DNA of 63,846 nucleotides, counting the filler, from Octopus bimaculoides (Eukaryota): assembly GCF_001194135.2 (NCBI RefSeq). It is 8 parts of 7 records of this genome, joined end to end, with 100 filler letters (N's around TTAATTAATTAA, not from the genome) between each part and the next. Parts side by side here need not be neighbours in the genome. Positions count along the whole stretch, not along the records: positions 1 to 27,970 come from NC_068984.1; 7 more parts are not named here. The stretch is one strand, 5' to 3'. Below, piece after piece: positions 1 through 13,427 of the stretch. The first letter of the stretch is position 1. The number at the start of each line of letters is the position of its first letter. Under the pieces are notes generated by a model. That model was not told where the DNA came from and ran no database searches. It was given only the letters and a program-made list of their open reading frames with translations. The position numbers and the translations under genes are program-made.

Positions 1-16
1 ATATATATGTGTGTGT

Positions 17-329
17 GGAGGCGCAATGGCCCAATGGTTAGGGCAGCGGATTCGCGGTCATAGGATCACGGTTTCGATTCCCAGACCGGGTGTTGTGAGT
101 GTTTATTGAGCGAAAACACCTAAAGTTCCACGAGGCTCCGGCAGGGGATCGTGGCGAACCCCGCTGTACTCTTCCACCACAACTTTCTCTTACTCTTACT
201 TCCTGTTTCCGTTGTGCCTGTAATTCAAAAGGTCACCCTTGTCACACTGTGTCACGCTGAATATCCCCGAGAACTACGTTAAGGGTACACGTGTCAGTGG
301 AGTGCTCAGCCACTTGCACGTTAATTTCA
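17..329 (+). mobile_element. tRNA-derived SINE, family A, 3'-truncated
   Basis: Head GGAGGCGCAATGGCCCAATGGTTAGG (A-box-like) and GGTTTCGATTCCC (B-box-like). Body nearly identical to copies at 10127, 27061, 9179 and 58822. Confidence 0.9.
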
Positions 330-1031
330 ACATATATACATATATATGCCATACATATATATGCCATACATATATATGCCAACAACATATATACATATAT
401 ATAGTTGATTAAGTTGAAACTGGTTTTCACGTTTTTTATTATGGTATTTTAACAAAATTAGCATTTTCATTACATAGTGTACTCACCAGATTTCGAATGT
501 GTTTGACTGACAGTTGAGGTCTTGGCAACTCTAGTACCTCTTAGAACGCTCCAACCAGCTGAATTATTAGAATACATAGCACCTAGACACCTCATCTTTC
601 TGGCCATTTAGTACTAATTCCATTCACTCCTAAAACTCTCAACCGCTCCCTGCCAACCTGATTCATTTCATCCTCATCCTCTTCCCCTATATTATTGCCC
701 TTTTCAATTTGCTACTCTTAATCAATTTTGCTGAGATTTCCTATGCAAACAAACAAAACTATCCCATTTTCTTTCATTACTCTTCACTCGTGCATCACTT
801 TCCTTTCTCCTTTTCTCTCTCTTCCCCTCTCTCCATTTCTTTCTGTCTTCTCTCTGTCTCTCTCTCTCTATCTGTACACATATCAACCCTCTTAACTTAG
901 TAGCCGACTTAGTACTCAAACCACATTGCTTCCATCAATTTCGTCATAATTTTGAAATGCTCCAACTGAGGAAGGTTTATGTAATGGTCGCATTTCCTAT
1001 TATATATTAAGACAAATCTGAAACGCCCATG

Positions 1032-1067
<36 letters not shown>

Positions 1068-2072
1068 ACACACACACACATACACACACACACACACACA
1101 TACACACACATAGCAATATTAATGCCAAAAGGTAATCTTTACATCTAACTTAACGTGGATGTTTTGCTAGAAAACCAAATACTGCGTTATTAGCTTTCAG
1201 AGATCCTGTCATATGGGTGCTTGGTGCATAAAAGCACACACATAGATCGTAGCAGACGAGAAACCTCTGTCATAGGCGCCGGAACTCCCATATTACGACT
1301 GTCTTCAAATTTAATCTATCGTTTCAATACTAACAATTTTTTATTGTTTTATTAGACTTTATTTTTAATTGGGAACGATAGTGTTCCTTACGCTATCAGC
1401 GTTTCTAGATCTTTTCAGTATTATCCTGCAGTCGGAGTGTTTGTGGAGTTTATTATATATTTATTGATGTGTTTTGTAGATGGCAACAAAAATGATTGGA
1501 ATCATGTCGTAATGGATAAAAATCGTCACCACCAGGTAATTAGCGTTAAATTACTTTTTGCAATCAACTTTTCTTGATTTAATTTCTAGAGGGGAATATC
1601 AGTTTATCAGTTTGGAGCGGAGACATATGTTATAACATAGCTTCCATTGCTGATCTACTATGTTATTTATTTTAAAGTCCATATAGAATATTTATGCTAT
1701 AAAATATTTTATTTTCCATGATTCTAACCAGCTTTATTTCATGTTCTGTATTGAAATTTTCGACGACAATGAAGAAAGAAAATGTGGGAGAATCTTTCGT
1801 ATTTTTGTGACTGATGTAACAGTTACAGACATGAAGTTTACAGCATTCATATTTAGTTTCAAATTTGTTTATGACATTTATCTTAAAGCGATCTCTAGGT
1901 TTTAATATCGTAGTTGCGTCTTGATGAAAAGGTCTTTAATTTTGGTTAGTTTTTGTATTATATTTGTTCTGTTCTTAGTTAGCATCTGTTTCATGACTTG
2001 TTTATTTTTTACAAACGTATTCATCCATTATATAACTCAGATACATTAGTTTCTTGAGACATACTGTGTGTG

Positions 2073-2104
<32 letters not shown>

Positions 2105-2372
2105 TACGTGCGTGTGTGTGGTTTCTGAATGTTTTTCTGGCTGTTGTATTGGTTACCTTTTGTTTCATTTTGTAACAGTATTAAGTATCAAAGTATTTGG
2201 TCGTACATCTGCGACCTGATCTCTGACACTCTACCCTACTGATAAATAGATATGTGTATGGGCGCGCGCGCGTTTGGGCCCACGAAAGCGTGGGTGCGTG
2301 CGAGTGTGGGCGTGAGTGTGCATGTGCAACTGTGGGCGTGTGTGCATACATATGTGTGTGTANNNNNNNNNN

Positions 2373-2414
<42 letters not shown>

Positions 2415-2667
2415 TGTATGTATGTATTTATATATATATAAATATATTTATATATATATATATATATATATATGCATGCAGAGAGAAACACAGACAGTGA
2501 CAGCTAGACACAGAGAGAGAGGCATGAACTTTGAGTGTAGGTTTTAGTCATACGAAACACATTCACTGCAACAGTGATATATACAGAATTTCATATAAGA
2601 AAGTGTAGACATGTATTTACGATGGAGACAATGAAAGAGAACAGAAAATAGACATATATTCTTCGTT

Positions 2668-2870
2668 GGCGAGCTAGCAGAATCGTTAGCACACCTGGAG
2701 AAATGCTTAGCGGTCTTTTGTCCATCTTAATGTTCTGAGTTCAAATTCCGCCGAGGTCGACCTTGCCCTTCAGCCTTTCGGAGTCGACAAAATAAATACC
2801 AGTTTAGTACTGATGTCGACGTGATCAATTATCCCCATTCTCCCAAATTTCTATGGTGCGTACAGTAGAA
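2668..2870 (+). mobile_element. tRNA-derived SINE, family C
   Basis: Head GGCGAGCTAGCAGAATCGTTAG, B-box GAGTTCAAATTCC, body GCCGAGGTCGAC...TTTCGG shared with 22030 and 41704. Tail runs into an (ATT)n microsatellite. Confidence 0.8.
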
Positions 2871-2871
<1 letters not shown>

Positions 2872-2903
<32 letters not shown>

Positions 2904-2908
2904 ATTAA

Positions 2909-2945
<37 letters not shown>

Positions 2946-2999
2946 GTTCTTGTTGATGTTGTTGTTGTTGTTGTTCTTCTTCTTCTTCTTCTTCTTCTT

Positions 3000-3082
<83 letters not shown>

Positions 3083-3095
3083 CATTATTATTATA
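2872..3095. repeat. Compound trinucleotide microsatellite (ATT)n(GTT)n(CTT)n(ATT)n
   Basis: Read directly from the sequence. Confidence 0.95.
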
Positions 3096-3099
3096 AAAC

Positions 3100-3147
3100 G
3101 GTGACCTGGCAGTACCGTTAGCACGCCGTGTGTAAAATGCTTAGCGG
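3100..3147 (+). mobile_element. SINE family C head, cut by gap
   Basis: GGTGACCTGGCAGTACCGTTAGCACGCC...AAATGCTTAGCGG matches the head of the copy at 2668. Confidence 0.6.
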
Positions 3148-4063
3148 NNNNNNNNNNNNNNNNNNNNNNNNNNNNNNNNNNNNNNNNNNNNNNNNNNNNN
3201 NNNNNNNNNNNNNNNNNNNNNNNNNNNNNNNNNNNNNNNNNNNNNNNNNNNNNNNNNNNNNNNNNNNNNNNNNNNNNNNNNNNNNNNNNNNNNNNNNNNN
3301 NNNNNNNNNNNNNNNNNNNNNNNNNNNNNNNNNNNNNNNNNNNNNNNNNNNNNNNNNNNNNNNNNNNNNNNNNNNNNNNNNNNNNNNNNNNNNNNNNNNN
3401 NNNNNNNNNNNNNNNNNNNNNNNNNNNNNNNNNNNNNNNNNNNNNNNNNNNNNNNNNNNNNNNNNNNNNNNNNNNNNNNNNNNNNNNNNNNNNNNNNNNN
3501 NNNNNNNNNNNNNNNNNNNNNNNNNNNNNNNNNNNNNNNNNNNNNNNNNNNNNNNNNNNNNNNNNNNNNNNNNNNNNNNNNNNNNNNNNNNNNNNNNNNN
3601 NNNNNNNNNNNNNNNNNNNNNNNNNNNNNNNNNNNNNNNNNNNNNNNNNNNNNNNNNNNNNNNNNNNNNNNNNNNNNNNNNNNNNNNNNNNNNNNNNNNN
3701 NNNNNNNNNNNNNNNNNNNNNNNNNNNNNNNNNNNNNNNNNNNNNNNNNNNNNNNNNNNNNNNNNNNNNNNNNNNNNNNNNNNNNNNNNNNNNNNNNNNN
3801 NNNNNNNNNNNNNNNNNNNNNNNNNNNNNNNNNNNNNNNNNNNNNNNNNNNNNNNNNNNNNNNNNNNNNNNNNNNNNNNNNNNNNNNNNNNNNNNNNNNN
3901 NNNNNNNNNNNNNNNNNNNNNNNNNNNNNNNNNNNNNNNNNNNNNNNNNNNNNNNNNNNNNNNNNNNNNNNNNNNNNNNNNNNNNNNNNNNNNNNNNNNN
4001 NNNNNNNNNNNNNNNNNNNNNNNNNNNNNNNNNNNNNNNNNNNNNNNNNNNNNNNNNNNNNNN

Positions 4064-4127
4064 CTATACCTCTTCCATTATTTCTGCATGTATATATCAA
4101 ATTCTATCCCCACTTTCCCTGTCTTTG

Positions 4128-4176
<49 letters not shown>

Positions 4177-4367
4177 ATCTCTTATTCCTTCGGTATATCT
4201 ATTCAATTAAAACAAGTTTTAAAATGACGAAAAAGTAGTCAACATAGGAGAAAGATATAAAGGGAGTGAGAAACGGACAAACACACACGCGCGCGCGCGC
4301 ACGCATACACACATACACAGACGCATATACACATATGAATGCACATATATATACATGTATATCTATA

Positions 4368-4404
<37 letters not shown>

Positions 4405-4427
4405 NNNNNNNNNNTCTTGTACAAAGG

Positions 4428-4465
<38 letters not shown>

Positions 4466-5071
4466 AAATCAGAAATCTTTTGACCAATATCTATCATATT
4501 CTCTCCTCTCGTTTTCCCTTTTTCACCTTCCCCTCTTCTCTCTTCTGCTTCTCTCTCTCGTTATCTCTCTCTCTCCCAAACTATCTTCTGCATGTGTACG
4601 TGTGTGTGTGTGTGTGTGTGCGTGTGTGTGTGTGTATGCGTGTGCGTCTGTGTGTGTGTTCGCGCGCGCGCGCGTAGTTGTCCGTTTCTCGCTCTCTTTC
4701 TATCTTTCTCCTGTGTAGACTACTTTATCGTCATTTTAAAAACTTGTCTACATGTGCTCTTTTCATAAATGCCTGTTCGAATACCTTCTCATTTATCTAT
4801 TTCCGAATATACCTACATGTATATCTGCTTATGTGTATATGTGCATATATTCTCTGTGTGTACATATGTGTGTGTACATATGTGTATGTACATGTATGTG
4901 TGTGTATATCAAGCTATCTATTTCTTATCTATCAGTGAATATATCAACTAGTCTGTGAATGTCTTTACGCTTGCATTACTAGTTTATGAATCCGTTTTTG
5001 CAGCTTTCTATACCTCTTCCATTATTTCTGCATGTATATATCAAATTCTATCCCCACTTTCCCTGTCTTTG

Positions 5072-5120
<49 letters not shown>

Positions 5121-5196
5121 ATCTCTTATTCCTTCGGTATATCTATTCAATTAAAACAAGTTTTAAAATGACGAAAAAGTAGTCAACATAGGAGAA
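4064..5196. repeat. Identical 189-bp direct repeats (4064-4252 and 5008-5196) at both ends of a contig
   Basis: Same sequence including the same (CTAT)n length. Offset 944 bp. Confidence 0.9.
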
Positions 5197-5665
5197 NNNN
5201 NNNNNNNNNNNNNNNNNNNNNNNNNNNNNNNNNNNNNNNNNNNNNNNNNNNNNNNNNNNNNNNNNNNNNNNNNNNNNNNNNNNNNNNNNNNNNNNNNNNN
5301 NNNNNNNNNNNNNNNNNNNNNNNNNNNNNNNNNNNNNNNNNNNNNNNNNNNNNNNNNNNNNNNNNNNNNNNNNNNNNNNNNNNNNNNNNNNNNNNNNNNN
5401 NNNNNNNNNNNNNNNNNNNNNNNNNNNNNNNNNNNNNNNNNNNNNNNNNNNNNNNNNNNNNNNNNNNNNNNNNNNNNNNNNNNNNNNNNNNNNNNNNNNN
5501 NNNNNNNNNNNNNNNNNNNNNNNNNNNNNNNNNNNNNNNNNNNNNNNNNNNNNNNNNNNNNNNNNNNNNNNNNNNNNNNNNNNNNNNNNNNNNNNNNNNN
5601 NNNNNNNNNNNNNNNNNNNNNNNNNNNNNNNNNNNNNNNNNNNNNNNNNNNNNNNNNNNNNNNNN

Positions 5666-5778
5666 GGAAAACGGAAAGCCACTTGGAATATCCCTTCATC
5701 AGCTGTCTCTATTCTATCTAGACGTTTCGAAGACGAGACAGCTGATGAAGGGATATTCCAAGTGGCTTTCCGTTTTCC
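5666..5778. repeat. Perfect 44-bp inverted repeat with 25-nt loop
   Basis: 5666-5709 is the exact reverse complement of 5735-5778. Confidence 0.95.
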
Positions 5779-5898
5779 TATGTGTTCGTTCCGTTGTCTG
5801 TAGTTTATTGTTCTAACGTCCTGTACCCTGATATGCATATATATACACATGTAAATGTATGTACATATATGTGTGTATACATGTATATATATTCTTTG

Positions 5899-5944
<46 letters not shown>

Positions 5945-6278
5945 ATGTATCTACGTGTATATATATATATGTATATGTATGTATGTATATTCAGCCCCAC
6001 CACACACGCGCACACGCACACACGCACACACACACACGCATACATGTATCTGTACTTTATAAAGATAATATGACATTATTATATTCTGAATATAATGCAA
6101 AATCAAAATATTAAATCTCACCATTAACAAATCTGGAAATCAGTAGATAAAATTTAGACATGTAATGTAATTAACATATTCAAATGCAACTATGAAAGTT
6201 CATGTATGTATGTATGTAAGTATGTATGTATGTATGCATGCATGTATGTATGTATGTTACAATTACAATCAACATACA

Positions 6279-6666
6279 GGCGCAGGCGTGGCTGTGTGGT
6301 AAGGAGCTTGCTTCCCAATCACATGGTTCAATCCCATTGCGTGGCACCTTGGCTGAATGTCTTCTACTATAGCCTCGGTTCAATCAAAGCCTTGTGAGTG
6401 AATTTGATAGACGGGAGCCGAAAGAAGTCCGTCGTATAGCTATGTGTGTGTGTGCTTGTCCTCCCCATCACCGCTTGACAGCCGGCGTTGGTGTGTTTAC
6501 GTCCCCGTAATCTAGCAGCTTGATAATAAAAAAAAGACCGATAGAATAAGTACTTGGCTTAAAAATAAATAAATTCTGGAACCGATGTATTCCACCAAAA
6601 ACACTTCAAGGTGGTGCTCCAGCATGACCGTAGTCAAATGGCTAAAACAAGTAAAAGAATAAAAGA
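6279..6666 (+). mobile_element. tRNA-derived SINE, family B (CORE-like), near full length
   Basis: Head GGCGCAGGCGTGGCTGTGTGGTAAG, GTGGCACCTTGG core-like segment, internal (TG)n, tail GGTGCTCCAGCATG...AAACAAGTAAAAGAATAAAAGA. Colinear with the reverse copy at 58205-58590. Confidence 0.85.
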
Positions 6667-7191
6667 GTACAAGCGCAACACATTCTCATCAGCAGGCATG
6701 CACTTTCAAGGAACGACTGCAACTCATTATTTCACATACACAATGCTAAAACTAAATTAGAAAAAGAGAAAAAAATGTTTAGTTGATAATTTACAGAAAT
6801 ATGTTGAGAAATCTAGTGTTGACATAGAAAGTATATTAAAATGAAGCGTATACGACCGAGGGGCTCTGTGATGCAGGAGTGTTAACATTCACACCGCTTC
6901 GACCAGTCCGAGTGTCTCTTAGAAGAATCTTACCCAAGATCCGGAATGTATTTCTTATAAGGGCTTCATAAACACTCGGGCATGCTCATATATAGGTTTT
7001 TTAATTGCATAGTTAAGCAGGGAAGGATGGAACCTTATTATCGAACTTCAAAATACTGGAGGCTTGAAGTAAGGAAGTCATGCTCAAATAGGAGAATGCT
7101 TACAACAGAGTGAATGACACTCATGTTGTCTAAAGAAATCCAAGGACAGGGCGATGTTTACTTCTACTATCGAAGAACTCGTAGCTTAAGC

Positions 7192-7489
7192 CAGGGGTTT
7201 TCAAACTGTGGTCCGCGGACCACAGGGTGTCCACAAGGACACGACAGGGGGTCCGTGGACAGCAAATACTTTTTTATGGGCAATTTGATTTTATATATGT
7301 TTTTTAATCGAAATCTTTTAATTGACAATAAACCTATTTGTTAAATACTGTTAAATAAATAAATGTAAAAATATATGTTATTTTCAGCAAATATTTATGT
7401 ATAAATTTCATAAGCGTTTATAAGGGGGTCTCTAAGGTAAAGCCTGAAATATAAAGAGGTCCGCAACTCAAAAAGTTTGAAAACCCCTG
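7192..7489. mobile_element. hAT-superfamily non-autonomous element (MITE), 298 bp
   Basis: Perfect 16-bp TIRs CAGGGGTTTTCAAACT / AGTTTGAAAACCCCTG. 8-bp TSD GCTTAAGC at 7184-7191 and 7490-7497. An 8-bp TSD with CAGGGG termini is typical of hAT. Confidence 0.92.
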
Positions 7490-8144
7490 GCTTAAGCAAC
7501 TGGAGCAAATATCGAAAAGTATATCGTCCGATGCTCTGCCAATTCTACCAAACCACAGCTCATCGATTAGTACTTGTTTTAACGACAAAGAACGGACGAA
7601 AAGCAAAATTAACCACGGCAGGATATGAACAGAAAATGCTGAGGTACAGAAAGATGGGACAAATACCACACGATACTGCGAACACACCACTTGATAGAAC
7701 AAAAATCACGATATACATATAAATAGTAATCTTAGTAAGCAAGTAAGCAAGTAAGCCCAGACATCATGGCCAAACTATTTCCTAATTGTTGAAGAAAATC
7801 TGACATGAACGGTCAAACAAATTTAAATTCCAGTGATAAATAGAAACAGACACAACAACGTCCCCATGATTTTCGTCTACAATAAAACGGCAATAATACC
7901 TAGCATTAAAACTATTTCATCCATCAGATAAGAGGTGTAGGTCTTGAAGCGTCAATGGAAATCGGAAATTTATTGTTCCAAACAAAACATTAATGCGGAG
8001 ATATGAAAAATCTTTGCAAAAAAACATTAAAACTGGAATGTATCCATGATTGCAATTACGCATACAATATGATACCAACATACATACATACATACATACA
8101 TACATACATACATACATACATACATACATACACATCTACATACA

Positions 8145-8175
<31 letters not shown>

Positions 8176-9178
8176 GCATATACACACACACATAATAAAT
8201 ACGAATAATATTTATTTGGAGATGAAATTTATACTACGGATACTTTGTATTGAGTACATTTTATCATGTATGTAAAGATCTTTAATACATGTATATATAT
8301 ATATATATATATATNNNNNNNNNNNNNNNNNNNNNNNNNNNNNNNNNNNNNNNNNNNNNNNNNNNNNNNNNNNNNNNNNNNNNNNNNNNNNNNNNNNNNN
8401 NNNNNNNNNNNNNNNNNNNNNNNNNNNNNNNNNNNNNNNNNNNNNNNNNNNNNNNNNNNNNNNNNNNNNNNNNNNNNNNNNNNNNNNNNNNNNNNNNNNN
8501 NNNNNNNNNNNNNNNNNNNNNNNNNNNNNNNNNNNNNNNNNNNNNNNNNNNNNNNNNNNNNNNNNNNNNNNNNNNNNNNNNNNNNNNNNNNNNNNNNNNN
8601 NNNNNNNNNNNNNNNNNNNNNNNNNNNNNNNNNNNNNNNNNNNNNNNNNNNNNNNNNNNNNNNNNNNNNNNNNNNNNNNNNNNNNNNNNNNNNNNNNNNN
8701 NNNNNNNNNNNNNNNNNNNNNNNNNNNNNNNNNNNNNNNNNNNNNNNNNNNNNNNNNNNNNNNNNNNNNNNNNNNNNNNNNNNNNNNNNNNNNNNNNNNN
8801 NNNNNNNNNNNNNNNNNNNNNNNNNNNNNNNNNNNNNNNNNNNNNNNNNNNNNNNNNNNNNNNNNNNNNNNNNNNNNNNNNNNNNNNNNNNNNNNNNNNN
8901 NNNNNNNNNNNNNNNNNNNNNNNNNNNNNNNNNNNNNNNNNNNNNNNNNNNNNNNNNNNNNNNNNNNNNNNNNNNNNNNNNNNNNNNNNNNNNNNNNNNN
9001 NNNNNNNNNNNNNNNNNNNNNNNNNNNNNNNNNNNNNNNNNNNNNNNNNNNNNNNNNNNNNNNNNNNNNNNNNNNNNNNNNNNNNNNNNNNNNNNNNNNN
9101 NNNNNNNNNNNNNNNNNNNNNNNNNNNNNNNNNNNNNNNNNNNNNNNNNNNNNNNNNNNNNNNNNNNNNNNNNNNNNN

Positions 9179-9462
9179 GAAAACACCTAAAGCTCTACAA
9201 GGTTCCGACAGGGGGTGGTGGCGAACCCTGCTGTACTCTTCCACCACAACTTTCACTAATTCTTTCTTCCTGTTTCTGTTGTACCTGTATTTCAAAGGGC
9301 CAGCCTTGTCACACTCTGTGTCACGCTGAATCTCCCCGAGAACTACGTTAAGGGTACTCGTGTGTGTGGAGTGCTCAGCTACTTGCACGTTATTTTGAGG
9401 AGCAGGCTGTTCCGTTGATCGGATCAACTGGAACCCTCGTCATCGTAACCGACGGAATGCCA
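9179..9462 (+). mobile_element. SINE family A, 5' end in gap
   Basis: Colinear with 10127-10508 through the GACGGA(A/G)TGCCA tail. Confidence 0.9.
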
Positions 9463-9570
9463 TATATCATTTGATTAGCTAAAACAAACATCTACGGTTA
9501 GTGACAATATTTTTGAGACAAAGATACGGAACTCTTCATGCCGCCATTCTATGTGTGTGTGCGCGCGCAC

Positions 9571-9684
<114 letters not shown>

Positions 9685-10126
9685 TAGACTCTTTTTCACC
9701 TCTTAGTTTCTCCATTTATATATATGTGTATGTATGCAACGTATTCATATGTATATTGTATTTTCTGTAGCTACAGAACGACAGCTACCAGTGAACTTGA
9801 GTTCCACGTAGAGTGCCAGCATCCACTCTACTTCTTGCAAAATGCTGTGGTTAGTACTTTACGTAGTTGGATTACATAGGAATAAAGATGATAAAGACAA
9901 AAAAAAATCAGTTGATGAGATTTGTTCAATACGCACGTCTCCTTATCGTGATTACTTGCATCCTCTGCAGTGGATCTTGATAGTGCAATTCGATGTATAT
10001 CAACAATGGTGGAAAGAGCAGTGGGAACAAATGCAATGTACTGCAATTTGCTAGGATCATGCTTTTTCGTATAGATACGCACTCACGCTCACAAACACAC
10101 ATGTGAATGTATGTATACATGTAAAT

Positions 10127-10508
10127 GGAGGCGCAATGGCCCAGTGGTTAGGGCCACAGACTCGCGGTCATAGGATCGCAGTTTCGATTCCCAGACCGGG
10201 CGTTGTGAGTGTTTATTGAGCGAAAACACCTAAAGCTCCACGAGGCTCCGGCAGGGGATGGTGGCGAACCCTGCTGTACTCTTCCACCACAGCTTTCTCT
10301 CACCCTTACTTCCTGTTTCTGTTGTGCCTGTAATTCAAAGGGTCAGCCTTGTCACACTGTGTCACGCTGAATATCCCCGAGAACTACGTTAAGGGTACTA
10401 TGTTTTTGGAGTGCTCAGCCACTTGCACGTTAATTTCACGAGCAGGCTGTTCCGTTGATCGGATCAACTGGAACCCTCGACATCATAAGCGACGGAGTGC
10501 CAACAACA
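10127..10508 (+). mobile_element. SINE family A, full length
   Basis: tRNA-like head with A/B boxes, full body, tail GACGGAGTGCCAACAAC. Flanked by (ATGT)n. Confidence 0.92.
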
Positions 10509-11521
10509 TGTATGTATGTATGTATGTATATGTATGTAGCTGGCCGTCTCCACTTTTTTCTGCAAAATAGGGGTAGCTTACCCTGTTCAGGCTATATTAT
10601 TAGCATTATCCTGCGTTTGAGAATTTAAAATCACTTCTGTAACTTTCTAAGACATCTCAACGCTTCTAAAAGCAAACTTCGTTTGTTTGTTTACGTTCAT
10701 CGTAATTTGAATTTAATATAAGTTTTATTTTTATTTGAAGTTTATTCTTACTTTTTTACATGAATATCTGTGTATGTCTTTTTATTGTATTGTATTGGTC
10801 TTAACCACAAACTTAACACTACACACTGAATCGTGGCAAGGTATGGAAGGTTAATAAATTGCCTGCCGTAAACAATTCCTCGTTGTTTCATAACATTCAG
10901 TGTGGTTAGCCAGAACATGGAATATAATTGAGTACTTGTAAGGTACCAGCCCGTATTCAAAATCCCTATTTCTTTATGGTATACGTACGTACATTCATAC
11001 ATACATACGTACGTACATACATACATGCATACATACAGACAGACACACAGACAGATGATACATAGATAGATATACATATGTGCGTATATATATGTATTCC
11101 TATGTGTTCATTCTGTTGTCTGTAAAAAAGTCCGTTTTTTTGTGCTTTATGTTCCCGTTCCTTTTCTGACGTCCTGTACCCGGATATGCATCGATATATT
11201 ATACATGTAGATGTAGGTATGTACATATATGTATGTATACATGCGTATGNNNNNNNNNNATACGCACGCACACACACATATCTATATATATGTATGCACG
11301 TATATGTACACATACATAAATACTTACATGCATAAAAGCACGCACTACGTTTTTTTGCACTAAGCTTATCTTTAAGTGACAGTGAGCAGCTGACAAGTCG
11401 AATGAAAGGCATTGAAAGTCACCGTAATAAATTTCCTCGAATAGCTAGTTACCAACAAAATGATTGCACCCGGTTATATATTGTATCGTATACTCGAAGT
11501 AAAATTCTATTGTTGTTCTGT

Positions 11522-11870
11522 ATTTGTTGCTGTGCAGCATCAGATCAGCCCTGTACCAGCAAACCCGTGATTGATCAATCAAAGTTGTTTTGGCCCACGA
11601 CAAGGTCGTCATTTTGCAAATCCGGCTTTACCATTACCAATATGGCGTATATTATATTTTAAAAGTACAGAGTTATTTGACGTATATATTGGTTGCTATA
11701 CTGGGTCCAACGAACGTGTAAATGTTCCCAAACGTTGACTGGAAATAACTGTCGTCGCCGCCGTTGTTGTTGTTGATGTTATTGATGTTGCTGTTGTGTT
11801 TTTTTTAGATTCAGTCGCCCCCGCTGAGCAAATGTGAAATCCAAAGTATTCCAGCTAAGACCGACGCGTC
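11522..11870 (-). mobile_element. Two decayed retroposon 3'-tail fragments (family D), about 11522-11590 and 11790-11870
   Basis: Degenerate reverse complements of the TGATCATAGGTCTG...CAGGACTGACCTGGGGCTAAACA(G/A)CAAC tail at 62430-62520. Confidence 0.45.
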
Positions 11871-12076
11871 CGTTTATGTGTTAGAGAGTACATTACAAAT
11901 AGATTCCTCTCTTTTACTTTTAAGACGGTAGAATGAATGTGGAACACGCACATATACATATATATATATATACACACACACAGACATGTATATATAAATA
12001 CATATGCACACATATACATATATAAATACATACACCTACACATAGGTGTGTATATATATATGTATGTGTATATATA

Positions 12077-12117
<41 letters not shown>

Positions 12118-12413
12118 NNNNNNNNNNNNNNNNNNNNNNNNNNNNNNNNNNNNNNNNNNNNNNNNNNNNNNNNNNNNNNNNNNNNNNNNNNNNNNNNNNN
12201 NNNNNNNNNNNNNNNNNNNNNNNNNNNNNNNNNNNNNNNNNNNNNNNNNNNNNNNNNNNNNNNNNNNNNNNNNNNNNNNNNNNNNNNNNNNNNNNNNNNN
12301 NNNNNNNNNNNNNNNNNNNNNNNNNNNNNNNNNNNNNNNNNNNNNNNNNNNNNNNNNNNNNNNNNNNNNNNNNNNNNNNNNNNNNNNNNNNNNNNNNNNN
12401 NNNNNNNTATGTA

Positions 12414-12463
<50 letters not shown>

Positions 12464-12806
12464 AACACACACAAACACAGTAACCACATACATACACGAT
12501 CACGTACACATACGTACACGGCACCACGTGAGAGAGTCTTCAGTAACTTAGTAACTTGCAAAAAGTATTTACGCGTAACAAAAATTCTTGGAAGCTGCCA
12601 TCATGAATATGCACACACACAACTTCAAAGGGATACCTGGGGCTGCCGATTGAATAACTATGAAGGTAGTCATGATCGTTAGCGATCGACAGCACCTGAG
12701 ATATGTAGATGTGTACTGTGTGTGGCATGTGTATATTATATGGAGACGGTTAACAGCGCGCACATACATATGTGTGTGTGTGCATATACGTATGTATGTA
12801 TGTATG

Positions 12807-12839
<33 letters not shown>

Positions 12840-12849
12840 GTTCGTGTGC

Positions 12850-12977
<128 letters not shown>

Positions 12978-13305
12978 ATGTATGTATGTATATGTATATT
13001 TGCGTTTGTGTATGTGCATATATATATACATACGTACATACATCTATACATGCATACATACATAAATACGTACATACAGACACTCGAACATACATATATA
13101 TATATATGTGCATACGTGCATGCATGCCAACATACATACATACATACATACTCTTTAACACATACATGTAAATGGTTTTCCAAATAAAATTACACTTCAT
13201 TTTTGAACCACCGATGATGCTATAGGATGATATACAAGTGTTCAACTACGAGTGTACTGTGTCTAGCTAATGTAACCCTCTAAGAGATAGATGTATCTTA
13301 TCCTC

Positions 13306-13362
<57 letters not shown>

Positions 13363-13382
13363 NNNNNNNNNNNNNNNNNNNN

Positions 13383-13427
<45 letters not shown>

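Noticed and set aside
17-100. SINE heads (also 6279, 10127, 27061, 2668) as tRNA genes
   Set aside because: They lack a complete cloverleaf and continue into multi-copy SINE bodies.
9828-10082. Overlapping 70-84 aa ORFs
   Set aside because: No homology recognised and no convincing splice signals.
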